Of a stretch of 64,000 nt of DNA, positions 18,478-27,223 are shown one piece after another. Source of the DNA: an uncultured Gemmatimonadales bacterium. Its GTDB lineage: Bacteria; Gemmatimonadota; Gemmatimonadetes; Longimicrobiales; Gaopeijiaceae. The translations under genes and the position numbers were made by a program. Location: assembly GCA_963740595.1 (NCBI GenBank), contig CAVUEU010000004.1:201777-265776 (forward strand), written 5' to 3'. The notes beneath the pieces are model-generated. The model ran no database searches and was not told where the DNA came from. It saw nothing but the letters and a program-made list of their open reading frames with translations. Each line of letters begins with the position of its first letter. Position 1 is the first letter of the stretch.

Positions 18478-20319
18478 CTACCTGCCGATAAGGTGCCGGA
18501 ACTCGGGGTCGTCCTGCAGATCGCGCCACCACCAGTGGGAGGTCCACCGCCATCCCGCCCGGTGCTCCGGACTCGCCGTCAGGTAGACGCGGAGGCGCTC
18601 GACGGCGGTCTTCTTGTCGTCCAGCGCGAGCCAGTCGAGCGCCTCGATTCCCAGGAGCTCACGCTCGGGATCGATGTCCGGCCCGGCCTTCGAGCGCGCG
18701 ATCACGGCCTTCGCGCTGTCGGGCATCTGGGCGCGCGCCAGCACCCCTGCGACCAGGAGCTGGTCCTGGATGCGGGTCCAGGGGCGGGACGCCTCCGGGA
18801 GCATCGCGAGGTGGCTGTCCATCACCTTCCACGCGCTGTCCGGCTCGGGGGTGAGCGCCCGCGGCGCCGCCATCAACCAGAGCGTGCACTCGGTGAAGGT
18901 GGGGTTGTCCGGAAAGCGGTGGTGCCCCTGCTCGCAATACCGGATCGCCTCGCGGAACTGCTCCAGGTCGTACGAAGTCGCGTAGAGCCGGGTCAGCACC
19001 GACTCCGCGGAGCGCAGGAACTCGTCCGCCTCGAGGGCCCGACGGGCGGCGAGGTTGGCGCCGACCTGGTCGGGGATCTGCGAGTACACCACGCTCAGGG
19101 TGTTCCATGCCGACGCGAGCTGCGGATCCAGCGTGGTCGCCTGGTCGAGCTCGTCCTTGGCATCCTTGAAGACGCTGTCGGCCGTCTGGGGGTCCGGAGT
19201 GAGGCCGAGCGCCCAGCGCTGATATTGCACGGTGCCGCGTATCTGATGCGCGATGGCGTAGCGCGGGTCGCGTGCCAGCGACGAGTCCGCGAGCGCGAGC
19301 GCCCGCTCGAGATAGGTCCGTCCCTCGACGGGATCGTCCTGGGCGGACAGGCCTCCCCATCGGCTGGCGACCACGGCCCGGTAGGCGAGGGGAGCCGCCC
19401 AGCGCGGGTCCAGGCTCTCGGCGAGCGTGAAAAAGGAATCCGCCTGCTGGGCCTGGGCCGTGAAGGCCTGCAGGTTCTGGCGCTGCGCGCTCTCGTCGGC
19501 GTCCCGTCGGCTCCGCTGCCCCCGGAGGAAGGCGGTCCACGCCTGCACGTTCGTCGTCCCCAGGCGGGCTTCCCGGACCGAGATCTCCTCGCCCAGCGCC
19601 CCCCTCAGGAAGTCCACCACCTCGTCGGTGAGCTCGTCCTGCAGCGCGAGCACGTCGTCCGCCGGGCGCTCGACCGACCCCCGCTTCAGCTCGGCGCCGC
19701 TGTCACCGTCGACGAGCGAGAGGCTCACCTTGACCTTGCTCCCGCTCCGTTCGACGGATCCGTCGATCAGGATTCCCGCGGAGAGCAGCGAGCCGATGCT
19801 GTCGAGGGAGAGCGAGGCGTCGCGGAACTGCGCCGCGCCGTCCTTCGAGATCACGGTGAGCCCGCTGACCTGCCCCAGTCGATCGATGAGCGACTCGGTG
19901 AGACCGTCCGCGAGGTAGGCCAGATCGCGACTCCTCGACTGGTCACGGAAGTACAGGACGGCCACCCTGCGGAGGTCCAGGCCGCCCTGCGCGAGCTCCA
20001 GCCGTGCGCGTACGGCGGCGCGGGCGGATTCCCACGTCCGGTAGCCGAACCAACCGGTTCCCAGGGCGATGATCACCAGGAGCCATATCTCCACCGGCGT
20101 GGCGCTCTGGTGGCCCTTCTCGCCGTGGAACCAGCCGGTGACGACGCTCACGGCGAAGCCGCCGATGAAGAGCACCAGGGCGAGCCGGTAGATCAGCTCC
20201 GGGAGGATCCCCCGTTCCACGAGCGCGCCGACGACCTCGGTGGCGACCCACCCCGAAACCAGGTAGGAGGCCGCGATCTGGACGATGCGGCGCTGTCGGA
20301 GCTGCTCGAAGAAGGTCAC
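18478..20319 (-). CDS. membrane-anchored TPR-repeat protein (N-terminal 2-TM anchor + alpha/beta module + TPR-like C-terminus)
   Basis: GTG start at 20319. It has the N-terminal motif FFEQLRQRRIVQIAASYLVSGWVATEV plus a second TM helix. Next comes RVAVLYFRDQSRSRDLAYLADGLTESLIDRLGQVSGLTVIS (a TolB-N/CsgG-like fold pattern), then helical repeats of TPR character. Composition is balanced, whereas the antisense ORF 18493-20436 is Arg/Gly-rich. Confidence 0.75.
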   Translation of the reverse strand: MTFFEQLRQRRIVQIAASYLVSGWVATEVVGALVERGILPELIYRLALVLFIGGFAVSVVTGWFHGEKGHQSATPVEIWLLVIIALGTGWFGYRTWESARAAVRARLELAQGGLDLRRVAVLYFRDQSRSRDLAYLADGLTESLIDRLGQVSGLTVISKDGAAQFRDASLSLDSIGSLLSAGILIDGSVERSGSKVKVSLSLVDGDSGAELKRGSVERPADDVLALQDELTDEVVDFLRGALGEEISVREARLGTTNVQAWTAFLRGQRSRRDADESAQRQNLQAFTAQAQQADSFFTLAESLDPRWAAPLAYRAVVASRWGGLSAQDDPVEGRTYLERALALADSSLARDPRYAIAHQIRGTVQYQRWALGLTPDPQTADSVFKDAKDELDQATTLDPQLASAWNTLSVVYSQIPDQVGANLAARRALEADEFLRSAESVLTRLYATSYDLEQFREAIRYCEQGHHRFPDNPTFTECTLWLMAAPRALTPEPDSAWKVMDSHLAMLPEASRPWTRIQDQLLVAGVLARAQMPDSAKAVIARSKAGPDIDPERELLGIEALDWLALDDKKTAVERLRVYLTASPEHRAGWRWTSHWWWRDLQDDPEFRHLIGR

Positions 20320-20562
20320 GCTGCGGTCCCGGGCCGTACCTGGACTGTGGGGGCTCAGCCGACCGGCGAAGCTGCGGTCGGATGGCTCGGGTTGTCAAAC
20401 ACACATCGCGCGCGGGCGCGCACGCGACGCCGCTGAGACGAGGGCGCGAACACCCGGGTGCAAATGGCGTGGATGCGGGACGCGGGCCGCCATCGCCCCG
20501 AGCGATGATGGAGGCGCATGAGCCACAGCGCGACTCCATCCAGCACGTGGGAGGGCCCACAC

Positions 20563-22839
20563 ATGGCGAGAGGAAAGGACGAAGGGGGCAAGGACGCCGC
20601 GAGGTTCACGCTCGAAATTCCCCTGGACGCCTCCGGCCTGGAGACCGTGGCCGCCGACGCGCGGGAGCAGGAGGTACGCGTCGTCGCGCAGGACCGCTCC
20701 GGGGGCCTCCACGGCACCTCGGTGAAGCTGACCGCCGGCGAGGAGGCGAAGGCGAGTCTCACGTTCGACGCCCATCCGGGCGCCCTGCGCATCGCGATCG
20801 GGCCGGCCGCGGCCACGGACGACGAGGTGATGGGCCTTCAGACGCTCACCACGGACGTGGCGACAAGGAAGTGGGGAGGCGAGGCGACCCTCGCCCTTCC
20901 TCCGATCGTCGTGTCGTCGTACTGGTGGTGGTGGTGGTGGCGCTGGTGCCGGACCTTCACCGTCCGTGGCCGGGTCACGTGTCCGGACGGGAGCCCGGTG
21001 CCGGGTGCCGAGGTCTGCGCGTTCGACGTCGACTGGTGGTTCCTGTGGAGCAGCCAGCAGCAGGTAGGCTGCGCGACCACGAATCTCGACGGCACCTTCG
21101 AGATCACCTTCCGTTGGTGCTGTGGCTGGTGGCCCTGGTGGTGGTGGCGGAGGCGTGTGTGGAGGATCGACGACCTGCTGGCGGGTCAGATCCACGACGT
21201 GCTGCGGGTCCGTCCCGACCTCGAGCTGGCACGCGTCGGCCAGCAGCCCAGCCTCGCCGCCTTCGAGCACGTCCTCGGTGACGAGACGCTGCGCCGGGCC
21301 CGCACCGTCCGAGCGGCGGACGTCGACGCGCTTCCGGGGCTGCGCGACCGGCTCCTGGCGGTGCTGCCGAAGGCTCCGCAGCTCGAGGCGTTCCACGTCT
21401 GGCCGTGGTATCCGTGGCGGCCTTGGTGGGACTGCGCTCCCGATCTGATCTTCCGGGTCACGCAGGACTGCGACCAGCCCGGCCAGGTGATCCTCCAGGA
21501 GACCATCTTCGACACGCGCTGGAACGTCGATCCGCTGACGACGGTCAACCTGGTGGTGTCCGACGAGGCCTGCTGTGTGCCGCGGTGCCCCACGCATCCG
21601 TGCGACGAGCTCGACTGCCTCGTGCTCGACACCGTGTGCGGGAACCCGTTCACGAACGTGGGCGGGAATCCGGGTGCCGCCCCGACGCCGGTCGGATACC
21701 TGAGCCCAGGGCCCGTGCCGGCGGACACCACCACGCACCACCGGGCGTTCGGCGGCGTGATCCCGATCGACAAGAACCCCGACGACCTCGCGGGCGTCGA
21801 CTACTACGAGATCGAGGTCTTCGACGACGACCCGATGGTGCTGGACTGGGTTCCGCTGCCCCCGGGCGCCGAGGTCGACTTCAATCGGCGCTACTGGGAC
21901 CTCTTCAACGTGCCCCACAACAACCCGGCCCTGTTCAAGTTCCAGGACATCGCCGGTCACCGCGTGGTGGAGACCCGCCGGCACTTCGAGGAGAACGACC
22001 CGCTCAAGTGGCCGGACGAGCCGGGCGGTGGGGCGACCACCGCGATCTGGCTGTCGACGAACTACAGCCTCCTCCTCCCCCTCGACACGACGGCGTTCCC
22101 CGACGGGACCTATCGGTTCCGTGTGGTCGGCTGGGAGGAGGGTGGGCCGATGGGGCTGCAGAATCGGAGGGTCATCCCCGTGTGCGGAAGCGAGGACGAC
22201 AACGAGTTCGTCCTCACCTTCGACAACCGGGTGACCAACGCGGCGGCGGCGCACGACCCGACCCACAACTGCGGGATGGGCGTCCATCTGTGCACCACGG
22301 AGCCCGATAGCCACATCTCCGCGGTCCGGGTGAACGGGGTGCAGGTCGACCCGTGCGACAACATCGCGTACGACTCCGACGCTACGGTCGAGATCGACTT
22401 CCTGGCGCGTGACGACGACGACCACCTGGGCTACTACGTGCTCGAGGCGAGTTGGGGGCTGAACCAGACCGTGAATCTGCTCGACCGGCCCGCCGCGTCC
22501 GTCACGCCGGTGGTGGTGGGGACACCGACCGGCTGGGCGGCCGGCCAGAGCACGGGCAACTACGGCACGGCGCTCACGCAGGGAGCCGTGGCCCCGCACT
22601 GGACCGGTGGTCGCTACACGCTGTCCGTTCCGCTCGCCGAGGCGTTCCCCGAGCCCTGCTGCTATCAGCTCGAGCTCAGGGCGTTCAAGCGGGTGGTCGT
22701 CGGGTACGGCAGCGGCTGCTACGGCTACGTCGTGAGTCAGAACGGCAACCGTACGGAGTACTCGCTCGGGGTCGGCGTGTGTGGGCCGTCGGTGATCGCG
22801 GCGACGCCGATCCAACTGCCGGCGGTGACGCCCGGCTGA
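20563..22839 (+). CDS. hypothetical 758-aa protein with extreme Trp/Cys-rich segment and CarboxypepD_reg-like beta-sandwich
   Basis: ATG 20563 is preceded by GGGAGGG, 8 nt upstream (the track start 20518 is also possible). The sequence contains SSYWWWWWWRWC, DVDWWFLWSS, FRWCCGWWPWWWWRRRVW and FHVWPWYPWRPWWDC. VRGRVTCPDGSPVPGAEVCAF...TTNLDGTFEI resembles a carboxypeptidase-regulatory-like domain. The rest is rich in D/E/N/F/Y/T (a protein-like composition), while the antisense ORF 20395-23010 is an Arg/Pro shadow. I see no signal peptide. Confidence 0.8.
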   Translation: MARGKDEGGKDAARFTLEIPLDASGLETVAADAREQEVRVVAQDRSGGLHGTSVKLTAGEEAKASLTFDAHPGALRIAIGPAAATDDEVMGLQTLTTDVATRKWGGEATLALPPIVVSSYWWWWWWRWCRTFTVRGRVTCPDGSPVPGAEVCAFDVDWWFLWSSQQQVGCATTNLDGTFEITFRWCCGWWPWWWWRRRVWRIDDLLAGQIHDVLRVRPDLELARVGQQPSLAAFEHVLGDETLRRARTVRAADVDALPGLRDRLLAVLPKAPQLEAFHVWPWYPWRPWWDCAPDLIFRVTQDCDQPGQVILQETIFDTRWNVDPLTTVNLVVSDEACCVPRCPTHPCDELDCLVLDTVCGNPFTNVGGNPGAAPTPVGYLSPGPVPADTTTHHRAFGGVIPIDKNPDDLAGVDYYEIEVFDDDPMVLDWVPLPPGAEVDFNRRYWDLFNVPHNNPALFKFQDIAGHRVVETRRHFEENDPLKWPDEPGGGATTAIWLSTNYSLLLPLDTTAFPDGTYRFRVVGWEEGGPMGLQNRRVIPVCGSEDDNEFVLTFDNRVTNAAAAHDPTHNCGMGVHLCTTEPDSHISAVRVNGVQVDPCDNIAYDSDATVEIDFLARDDDDHLGYYVLEASWGLNQTVNLLDRPAASVTPVVVGTPTGWAAGQSTGNYGTALTQGAVAPHWTGGRYTLSVPLAEAFPEPCCYQLELRAFKRVVVGYGSGCYGYVVSQNGNRTEYSLGVGVCGPSVIAATPIQLPAVTPG
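20923..20940 (+). repeat. perfect (TGG)6 trinucleotide repeat encoding six consecutive Trp
   Basis: Read directly: tac tgg tgg tgg tgg tgg tgg cgc tgg tgc. A second W cluster (tgg tgg ccc tgg tgg tgg tgg) lies at 21127-21147. Confidence 0.95.
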
Positions 22840-22960
22840 GGCGAGCAGAGCGGACCGGCGCGACCCGACGTCGCGTCGTGCCAGCTCGAACAGGGGGCCG
22901 GTCGTCCGACGGGCGGCCGGCCCCCGACCAGGGAGCAGTGTACCCGCGGGAGGGCGATCG

Positions 22961-23311
22961 ATGACATGGTACGGGCTGGTGGTGGGGACGCTCGCGGTGT
23001 GGCGCGTCACCCACCTGCTCGAGGCCGAGGACGGGCCCGGCGACGTGATCGTGCGCCTGCGTTCGCTGGCGGGGGCGGGCTTCTGGGGGAGGGTGCTCGA
23101 CTGCTTCTACTGCCTGAGCCTCTGGACGGCCGCGCCGGCGGCGGTGCTCATCGGCGGAACTCCGACGGAGAAGCTGCTCCTTTGGCCGGCGCTGTCCGGC
23201 GGGGCGATCCTGCTGGAGCGCCTGACGGCGGGCGATGGAGATCGCGCCGCGGCGCTCTACCACGAGGACGAACACGACGAGGAGGACTTCGATGGGATGC
23301 TGCGGAGGTAG
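22961..23311 (+). CDS. DUF1360-like small membrane protein
   Basis: MTWYGLVVGTLAVWRVTHLLEAEDGPGDVIVRLR...LDCFYCLSLWTAAPAAV shows a W-R-x-T-x-L motif, then a C-x-x-C-x-S-x-W motif, then a second TM. That is the pattern I associate with DUF1360. The tail is acidic. Confidence 0.6.
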   Translation: MTWYGLVVGTLAVWRVTHLLEAEDGPGDVIVRLRSLAGAGFWGRVLDCFYCLSLWTAAPAAVLIGGTPTEKLLLWPALSGGAILLERLTAGDGDRAAALYHEDEHDEEDFDGMLRR

Positions 23312-23567
23312 TCGGCGCGCGGCGGCCGGGGCGGGGCGCGCACCGGTGACGGGGTCGCGCCCTGCCGATCGGACGAGCGCGTCCGAGGCACGGCGCCTCT
23401 CCCACGCGTACTTCGCATACGTGGGTCGCACCGGCCTAACGGTCGTCGGCCCGCGGACCGGGCGGACGTACCGGTTCGCAGGACCCGGGCAGGTGGTCGC
23501 GGTCGACCCGGCGGATCGACGCGGGCTCGCGACGGTTCCCCAGCTCAGGCAGGTGGCGAGGCCGTAG
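23292..23567 (+). CDS. small hypothetical protein (91 aa) starting MGCCGG
   Basis: ATG 23292 overlaps the last 20 nt of the DUF1360-like gene in another frame. The core is YFAYVGRTGLTVVGPRTGRTYRFAGPGQVVAVDPADRRGLATVPQLR. It looks like a conserved small beta-rich domain, but I cannot name a family. Confidence 0.4.
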   Translation: MGCCGGSRRAAAGAGRAPVTGSRPADRTSASEARRLSHAYFAYVGRTGLTVVGPRTGRTYRFAGPGQVVAVDPADRRGLATVPQLRQVARP

Positions 23568-23576
23568 GGGACGACG

Positions 23577-23888
23577 TCACCCCTCGATTTTGTAGATCTC
23601 CCGCTTTCCATGATCCACGAGATCGTGGTAGCCGTCCATGATCTTCTCGAACTCCTTCAGGTCCTCCTCGGAGCCCTGCGGGCTGCTCATCATCGTCTCG
23701 AAGGCCTCCAGGCTCTCCACCTCCATCTCCGCCACCAGCGTCCAATAGCGCTCGGCTGCGAAGTCGGTCATGACCCGCATGGGCGGCATGCCGATGCGCT
23801 CGCCCAGCTTCGACATGGCCATGAACTTCTCCACCATCGGCCGGACCTTGCCCGGCTTGCAGTACATGACTTCGCGGACGAGGTACAT
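23577..23888 (-). CDS. small (103 aa) cytoplasmic alpha+beta protein, unknown function
   Basis: The internal ATG at 23888 gives MYLVREVMYCKPGKVRPMVEKFMAMSKLGERIGMPPMRVMTDFAAERYWTLVAEMEVESLEAFETMM... The composition is protein-like, and it is reminiscent of NIPSNAP/dimeric alpha-beta-barrel proteins. Family not verified. Confidence 0.5.
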   Translation of the reverse strand: MYLVREVMYCKPGKVRPMVEKFMAMSKLGERIGMPPMRVMTDFAAERYWTLVAEMEVESLEAFETMMSSPQGSEEDLKEFEKIMDGYHDLVDHGKREIYKIEG

Positions 23889-24413
23889 CGGATCCTCCCG
23901 AGTTCGTGGGTCGGCGGCCGGGGCCTCACGCTTCATCCGGGGGGGCTACGACGTCAAGGGTGGTCGCGGAGAAGGAGGGGCTGGCGTACACTCGAAAATC
24001 GTCGTGGATCTGGCGAAGGAGACTCATGCAGTTGGCCCGTGTGGCGATTGTGGACGCGACGCTCGCGCGGGCGCGAATAGGGCCCGACCTGCACGGGGAC
24101 GGCCGCTCCCTGGTCTCGATGATCGAGGTCCCGCTGCGCGGCGCCTTCGAGATCCTTCGGGGTCACGAAGACGATCCATCGGCGATGGTCCTGGCCGCTC
24201 GGGTCGCGATCGAGCTGGCGGAGCTCACCGGCCAGATCGGCGAGGCTCTGGATGCCGCGCGCTGGTACCGTGAGGCCGACCGGTGCGGCACCGCGGCGGG
24301 CGACGCTTTTCCGGCGTCGCGGATCTTTACGGCGCGAGCGCATCGTTCTCGATCCCGACGCGTACGCCATGCACCTGGCGACGGCGAGATCCTTCACGAA
24401 GGGGCATCGAATC

Positions 24414-24797
24414 ATGGCGAACACGAGGGTCATACTACGAAGGTGGTCGGGGACGATCAGAACCGCCGACCGGGAGACGTACCTGGACTATGTCCGGGAG
24501 ACGGGAGGCCACGACTACGCGGAGACGCCCGGCAATCTCGGCTACCAGGTCCTCTTCCGAGATCTCGGGGACGGAACGACCGAGGTGACGACTCTGAGTT
24601 GGTGGGAATCCATGGACGCGATCCGCGGCTTTGCGGGTCCTGAGCCGGAGCTCGCGCGCTACTATCCGGAGGACGACCGGTTCCTGCTCGATCGCCCGAG
24701 GGACGTCGAGCATCACGTGGTGGCCAGCGGGGCGCCTTCACCTGGGCATGCGTTGGCAGCGTTGATGCAGAACGCCACCAAGCCTGGCTCACGCTGA
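24414..24797 (+). CDS. ABM-like (antibiotic-biosynthesis-monooxygenase fold) small protein
   Basis: ATG 24414. RRWSGTIRTADRETYLDYVRETGGHDYAETPGNLGYQVLFRDLGDGTTEVTTLSWWESMDAIRGFAG follows a ferredoxin-like ABM pattern. The family call is tentative. Confidence 0.5.
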   Translation: MANTRVILRRWSGTIRTADRETYLDYVRETGGHDYAETPGNLGYQVLFRDLGDGTTEVTTLSWWESMDAIRGFAGPEPELARYYPEDDRFLLDRPRDVEHHVVASGAPSPGHALAALMQNATKPGSR

Positions 24798-25026
24798 CGT
24801 TCTCGACTGGCCTGTCGGCGCCCGGCGTTCACGCGGCGTCCTCCCTGGAGCTACCGGGCTGCTGCCGACTTCGGTACCGAAGGACACCGAGAGGCGGTTC
24901 CTTCCGCTGATGACGTTCACCCGCTCGCGAGCCGTGAAGAAGGGCGTCTCGCACCACAGCGGAATGGTGTACAGGCGAGCCCGGCGCACGTTTGCGCGTC
25001 CCGCGCTCGTCGACGGCGGCGGCCTG

Positions 25027-25719
25027 CTACCGGTGCAGGATCCGCCCCAGGTGGATCCTCCGCCCCAGGCGGATATGGAAGTAGAGGAGGAACAGGATGA
25101 GCGGCACGGCGGCGCCCAGCACGACGAACGACCAGCTCATGCCCGGGGCTCCTAGGTACGCCGACGCCAGGAGGTCGACGGCGACGGAGCCGGCCCCGCA
25201 TCCGAAGAGCACGGCCGCGGCGATGAGGGCAGGAGCGCGGCGGCTCAGGCGGGCAACCAGCCAGACGAGGACCGACGCCCCGGTGACCACGGCGACGATA
25301 GGCAGGGCCAGGGGGACGAACCAATGGAGGCGTCCGTCGAAGAGGTCGATGAAGAAGAGGAACCCGCCTGTGGCCACGGCCTCGCCCACGATGACGAAGA
25401 CGGGCCGGCGCGCTAGCGCCACCACCAGGGTGATCAGAAGCCAGATCACTCCCGCTCCGGTGAGGGGATAGAGGGACCAGGTGATGCGCTGGTTGAGGAG
25501 CACGTCGAGGGTCCCGAACGTGAGGGCCAGCGACGACAGCGCGGCGGTGGACGAGATCCACACCAGGTAGCGTACCTGCCGGTTCGGGGCCGTGACGACA
25601 TCGGGATAGCGGGCGGCCTCTTCCCGGGGCTCGTCCAGGCGCTGGATCGGCGCCTCGCAGAGGGGGCACGCCTCCGCCCGCTCCTCCACCTCGACGCCGC
25701 ACCGCGAGCAGTACGTCAT
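25027..25719 (-). CDS. zinc-ribbon + multi-pass membrane protein (230 aa)
   Basis: ATG at 25719 overlaps the stop of the upstream gene (ATGA on the minus strand, 25716-25719). The N-terminus MTYCSRCGVEVEERAEACPLCEAP has a CxxC...CxxC ribbon, followed by ~5-6 hydrophobic helices. Confidence 0.7.
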   Translation of the reverse strand: MTYCSRCGVEVEERAEACPLCEAPIQRLDEPREEAARYPDVVTAPNRQVRYLVWISSTAALSSLALTFGTLDVLLNQRITWSLYPLTGAGVIWLLITLVVALARRPVFVIVGEAVATGGFLFFIDLFDGRLHWFVPLALPIVAVVTGASVLVWLVARLSRRAPALIAAAVLFGCGAGSVAVDLLASAYLGAPGMSWSFVVLGAAVPLILFLLYFHIRLGRRIHLGRILHR

Positions 25720-27002
25720 GGCCCGGTCGGCGGGACGCTCGAGACGCCCGCCTCGTTCGTCTCGATGCGCGCCGTCACGCCCATCCGGCGCAGGCGGGTG
25801 AAGAACGCCCGCTCCACTCCCGTGCCGGAGACGATGCTGGCGAAGGTGATGAAGACACGCTCGCCGTAGCCGATCACCGCGCACCCGATGCCGTGGGCTG
25901 CGCTGGGGTTGGGGATCACCTCGAAGCGGTCCACGTGCTCGTCCAGCGACGGCGGCAGCTCGACGCGCCCCAGGTTGGACAGGACCGTGGTGAAGCGGGT
26001 CCCCCACCGCCGGGCGTACAGGCGACGCTTCGCCGGCACCTTGAGGAAAAGCGGGATGTACCGGACGAACGCGTTCCGCTCGGTGCCGACGTTGCGGCGG
26101 ATCTGCCGGCTGATGCTCTTGGCGCTCACCTGGCCCTGCACTGAGTGGTGTACGTCCCGGAGGATCTCCTCGAAGGAGTAGTCGCCCAGCCGGGGGTCGA
26201 TGCTGGCCGTGACCGAGAGGAAGAAGTTGCGCATCGTGCGCGACGGGTACAGCCCGCGCAGGTCCACCGGCATCATGACCGCGATGGGTCCGCCGCCGTT
26301 GCCCGCCACGTCGGCAACCGACGCCAGCACGATCGACGCCAGCAGCTCCGTCAGCGTCACGCCGTGCTCGCCGCTCAGCTCTCGCAGGGGCGCGAGGGGC
26401 ACGATGCCGTGCACGACACGGCAGTCATCGGAGGGAAGCGCGGTCCCGCGCAACCGGAGCGCCCGCGTACCGAAGGGCGGTGGCGGGACGTTCGGGTCGT
26501 AGAAGCGCCGGTACGCGTCCTCGGCCTCCTCCGGGTGAGGCTCCTCGCCCGGGCGGGGGATCCCCGCTCCGTCGGGGACGGCCACGCCGAGTCGTTCCAG
26601 GTACCCGGCCAGGAGCGCCCGCAGGAAGACCAGCGCCCCGGCGCCGTCCGTCAGCACGTGGGAGCACTCCACCGCGATCCGCCGGCCGAAGACCAGGACG
26701 CGGAACTGCCACGGGCCGTCGTCCGCCCGGGTCATGCGACGGCAGGGCGCCCGCCGCTCGGTGCGCACGCGGGGAGCCCCCGGGATCTCCTCCAGGTAGT
26801 GCCAGAACAGACCTCTTCGCAGGCGGACCCGGAAGTAGGGGAAGCGGGGCATGAGCGCGTCGAGGGCGTCCTGAAGCACCGCGGCGTCCACCGGAGCCCG
26901 CAGCGCCACCGCCACGCGGTAGACCGTGGTGGTACGCCGTGACGCCAGCGCAGCGAAGACGCGTGCGGCGTTGTCCAGACGGTACCAGTTGCCCGCCAGC
27001 AT
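25716..27002 (-). CDS. HxxxD-motif acyltransferase (condensation/alcohol-acetyltransferase-like superfamily), ~428 aa
   Basis: Start at ATG 27002 (MLAGNWYRLDNAARVF). The catalytic-type motif is 'ECSHVLTDGAGAL' (HxxxDG). The size and two-lobed layout fit PapA5/WS-DGAT/AATase-like enzymes. Confidence 0.65.
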   Translation of the reverse strand: MLAGNWYRLDNAARVFAALASRRTTTVYRVAVALRAPVDAAVLQDALDALMPRFPYFRVRLRRGLFWHYLEEIPGAPRVRTERRAPCRRMTRADDGPWQFRVLVFGRRIAVECSHVLTDGAGALVFLRALLAGYLERLGVAVPDGAGIPRPGEEPHPEEAEDAYRRFYDPNVPPPPFGTRALRLRGTALPSDDCRVVHGIVPLAPLRELSGEHGVTLTELLASIVLASVADVAGNGGGPIAVMMPVDLRGLYPSRTMRNFFLSVTASIDPRLGDYSFEEILRDVHHSVQGQVSAKSISRQIRRNVGTERNAFVRYIPLFLKVPAKRRLYARRWGTRFTTVLSNLGRVELPPSLDEHVDRFEVIPNPSAAHGIGCAVIGYGERVFITFASIVSGTGVERAFFTRLRRMGVTARIETNEAGVSSVPPTGP

Positions 27003-27223
27003 GGAATGCGAGATCCGAGACGCTCCAGGAAGGGTGGGTCCAGGGTAGGGCGGGCCCCCACAGGGGACAAGGAGGGGCACGTCGTGGTACGACGGCGCCT
27101 CACTCCAGGAGCTTCTTGATCCCGCCCCGTTCCGAAACCCGGACGAGGGGTAAGCGGCGAGGCGAAAGCGACGAGCACCACCACGATGGGGCGCGCGCTA
27201 CCCACAGCCCCCCGCTTTCGCGG

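Noticed and set aside
24026-24643. Plus-strand ORF (MQLARVAIVDATLARARIGPDLHGDG…AIELAELTGQIGEALDAARWYREA…) and the opposing ORF 23954-24433 (-).
   Set aside because: The first ~100 codons of the plus ORF look protein-like. However, the ORF then loses its GC3 bias and overlaps the better-supported ABM-like gene (from 24414) by ~230 nt. The minus ORF is Arg-rich. I cannot decide on a gene or its end without a homology search.
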